DNA of 32,000 bases from Psychrobacter sp. HD31. GTDB taxonomy: Bacteria > Pseudomonadota > Gammaproteobacteria > Pseudomonadales > Moraxellaceae. Location of the stretch: contig NZ_CP142525.1 of the NCBI RefSeq assembly GCF_051097895.1, positions 1,290,001 to 1,322,000 on the forward strand, read 5' to 3'. The notes under the pieces were generated by a model. That model was not told the DNA's origin and ran no database searches. It saw only the letters and a program-made list of their open reading frames with translations. Both the position numbers and the translations under genes were made by a program. This document shows, piece after piece, positions 30,618 to 32,000 of the stretch (position 1 is its first letter; each line of letters opens with the position of its first letter).

Positions 30618-32000
30618 TTAAATCATTTTCCACGTCATGTCATCTTCTTTAAATCGATGATATTTAAGCTCTGCCCATGGTGATAAATCTTGTTTAGCAA
30701 GGTTATCTAATGCTATAAGCAGCTCATCATAATTGGTTTGCAACACCTCAATATCTTGCAAATTGATATTTGTTTTCGCCTCATCTGTGTTTGGTTGCAT
30801 TGCCGTTCGCTCAATATGTTGTTGGCACACATCCTCTAAATTTTGGCTAGCATGGCGGATTTGTGGCACACCAGCATATCGGCTTGCGCCCAAAATACGA
30901 TGACTAATTTGCGATAATTGTTCAATATCATTTGCTTGCCAAGCTTGCTGCAGTGCTTGTTTTTCACCACTAACCGAATCAATCATCATAATGATTAATT
31001 GCGAGGCTAAGTCTGGCTTATTGACAGAGCGTGTGAGTGCGTCTTCCCAATCAATCACAGCCAACTCTGTTTGCATATTTATTTGGCTGTTAACATGCCC
31101 GTTTTGTTGGTTATCTACAAAGGTTGGGCTTGTATGATTTCCCGTTAAGCCAGGATTAAGCTTGCTTGTTTTTGGAGTTTGCCCTGTTTTATTACCCAGC
31201 CATTTTTGCAAAATTTGTACCAATTGCTGCTGATTAATTGGCTTACCAACATAATCATCAATCCCTGAGCGCATTAGCTTATCTCGCTCATCTGACATGC
31301 CATGTGCCGTTAGTGCAACAATAGGTATTTGTGGCTCATTGCTATCAATTCTACGGATTTGTGCCGCTGCTTGATGCCCTGACATCCGTGGCATTTGGAT
31401 ATCCATAAAAATCAAATCAATTGGTTTTTTATCTACGCCACTTTCACTCGCATTATTTTGCATGCTCACAATTTCTATGGCATCAAAACCACTATTGGCT
31501 GTCACCACCTCAATACCAAATTCATCAAGCAAGGCTTCTAAAACCAGCAAGTTAGGCGGATGGTCATCTACTGCCAATACTCGATAGCCCTGCCAACGTG
31601 GTGCCTCCTGAACGGGTTTTGCCACCTCATTATCTTTAGAGTCAAACATGGCATACAACTGATTTTTATTAAGCGGCTCATACAATGGATAAGCTTGATA
31701 TTTATTGAGCAGTTGCATATCCAATGCCACTTGATAGCCATAAACGCCTAAACGTCCTTGATAATGTAACCTAATTTGTTTTAGCAATGCCGTCATATTA
31801 TCTTGGGTTTCATTGGTATCGCTATCTACAATTACCCAATCAAACTGATTCGCTTGTTCTTCTAATTTATCCAGCGTGCTGGCTAAACTGTTGGTAATCG
31901 TTATTTTAATTGGTAGTGGCTGTAAGCTTGCCTGTAATACTTGGATACTGGCAGGGTGATTAATCCATGCTAATACCCGCAGTTGCGTATCATCGCTTGC
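30618..32000 (-). CDS. C-terminal part of a hybrid sensor kinase (GacS/BarA type): receiver-like region, receiver and Hpt; the ORF runs off the right edge
   Basis: The frame stays open upstream of the Met used in the ORF track (manual translation of 32000-31797: ASDDTQLRVLAWINHPASIQVLQ...DWVIVDSDTNETQDN). The receiver has VLAVDDHPPN, DLIFMDIQMPRMSG, VALTAH and GKP. The Hpt has SHRILGASRYAGVP. Confidence 0.8.
   Translation of the reverse strand, partial: ASDDTQLRVLAWINHPASIQVLQASLQPLPIKITITNSLASTLDKLEEQANQFDWVIVDSDTNETQDNMTALLKQIRLHYQGRLGVYGYQVALDMQLLNKYQAYPLYEPLNKNQLYAMFDSKDNEVAKPVQEAPRWQGYRVLAVDDHPPNLLVLEALLDEFGIEVVTANSGFDAIEIVSMQNNASESGVDKKPIDLIFMDIQMPRMSGHQAAAQIRRIDSNEPQIPIVALTAHGMSDERDKLMRSGIDDYVGKPINQQQLVQILQKWLGNKTGQTPKTSKLNPGLTGNHTSPTFVDNQQNGHVNSQINMQTELAVIDWEDALTRSVNKPDLASQLIIMMIDSVSGEKQALQQAWQANDIEQLSQISHRILGASRYAGVPQIRHASQNLEDVCQQHIERTAMQPNTDEAKTNINLQDIEVLQTNYDELLIALDNLAKQDLSPWAELKYHRFKEDDMTWKMI

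Overview
This 32-kb window comes from a low-GC (about 40% by eye) gammaproteobacterial chromosome. Gene content and order (hisZ-purA, perM-hda, smc-zipA-ligA, SMC rather than MukB, type IVa pilins) fit a Moraxellaceae/Pseudomonadales-like organism; the genus cannot be determined from the sequence alone. The window is almost entirely core housekeeping. Left to right it holds a partial TSUP permease, purA, hisZ, a DUF2237 gene plus corA, folD, tRNA-Cys and tRNA-Leu, and prfC. These are followed by two small TM2-domain genes, a Thr-Tyr-Gly-Thr tRNA operon, a small membrane protein, a TyrB/AspC-type aminotransferase, and an FAD oxidase (D-2-hydroxyglutarate dehydrogenase-like) divergent from serA. 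The right half holds a DUF2057 protein, hda, an AI-2E permease, trmB, a DUF2799 lipoprotein, a four-gene pilin module, ligA, zipA, smc, an enoyl-CoA hydratase, and the C-terminal part of a GacS/BarA-type hybrid sensor kinase that runs off the right edge. Most convergent gene pairs are separated by clear Rho-independent, often bidirectional, terminators. I found no CRISPR array, IS element, integrase, prophage or recognisable defence genes, and no att-like duplication next to the tRNAs. I found no convincing evidence for a wholly new multi-gene system. The best candidate for follow-up is the compact pilin module at 19621-21968 (PilX-like, two PilE-like and one major-type pilin), which lacks the usual FimU/PilV/PilW/PilY1 partners. 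Lower-value leads are the TM2 gene pair, the DUF2237-corA coupling, the tRNA operon that lacks tufB, and a terminator-bounded orphan spacer.
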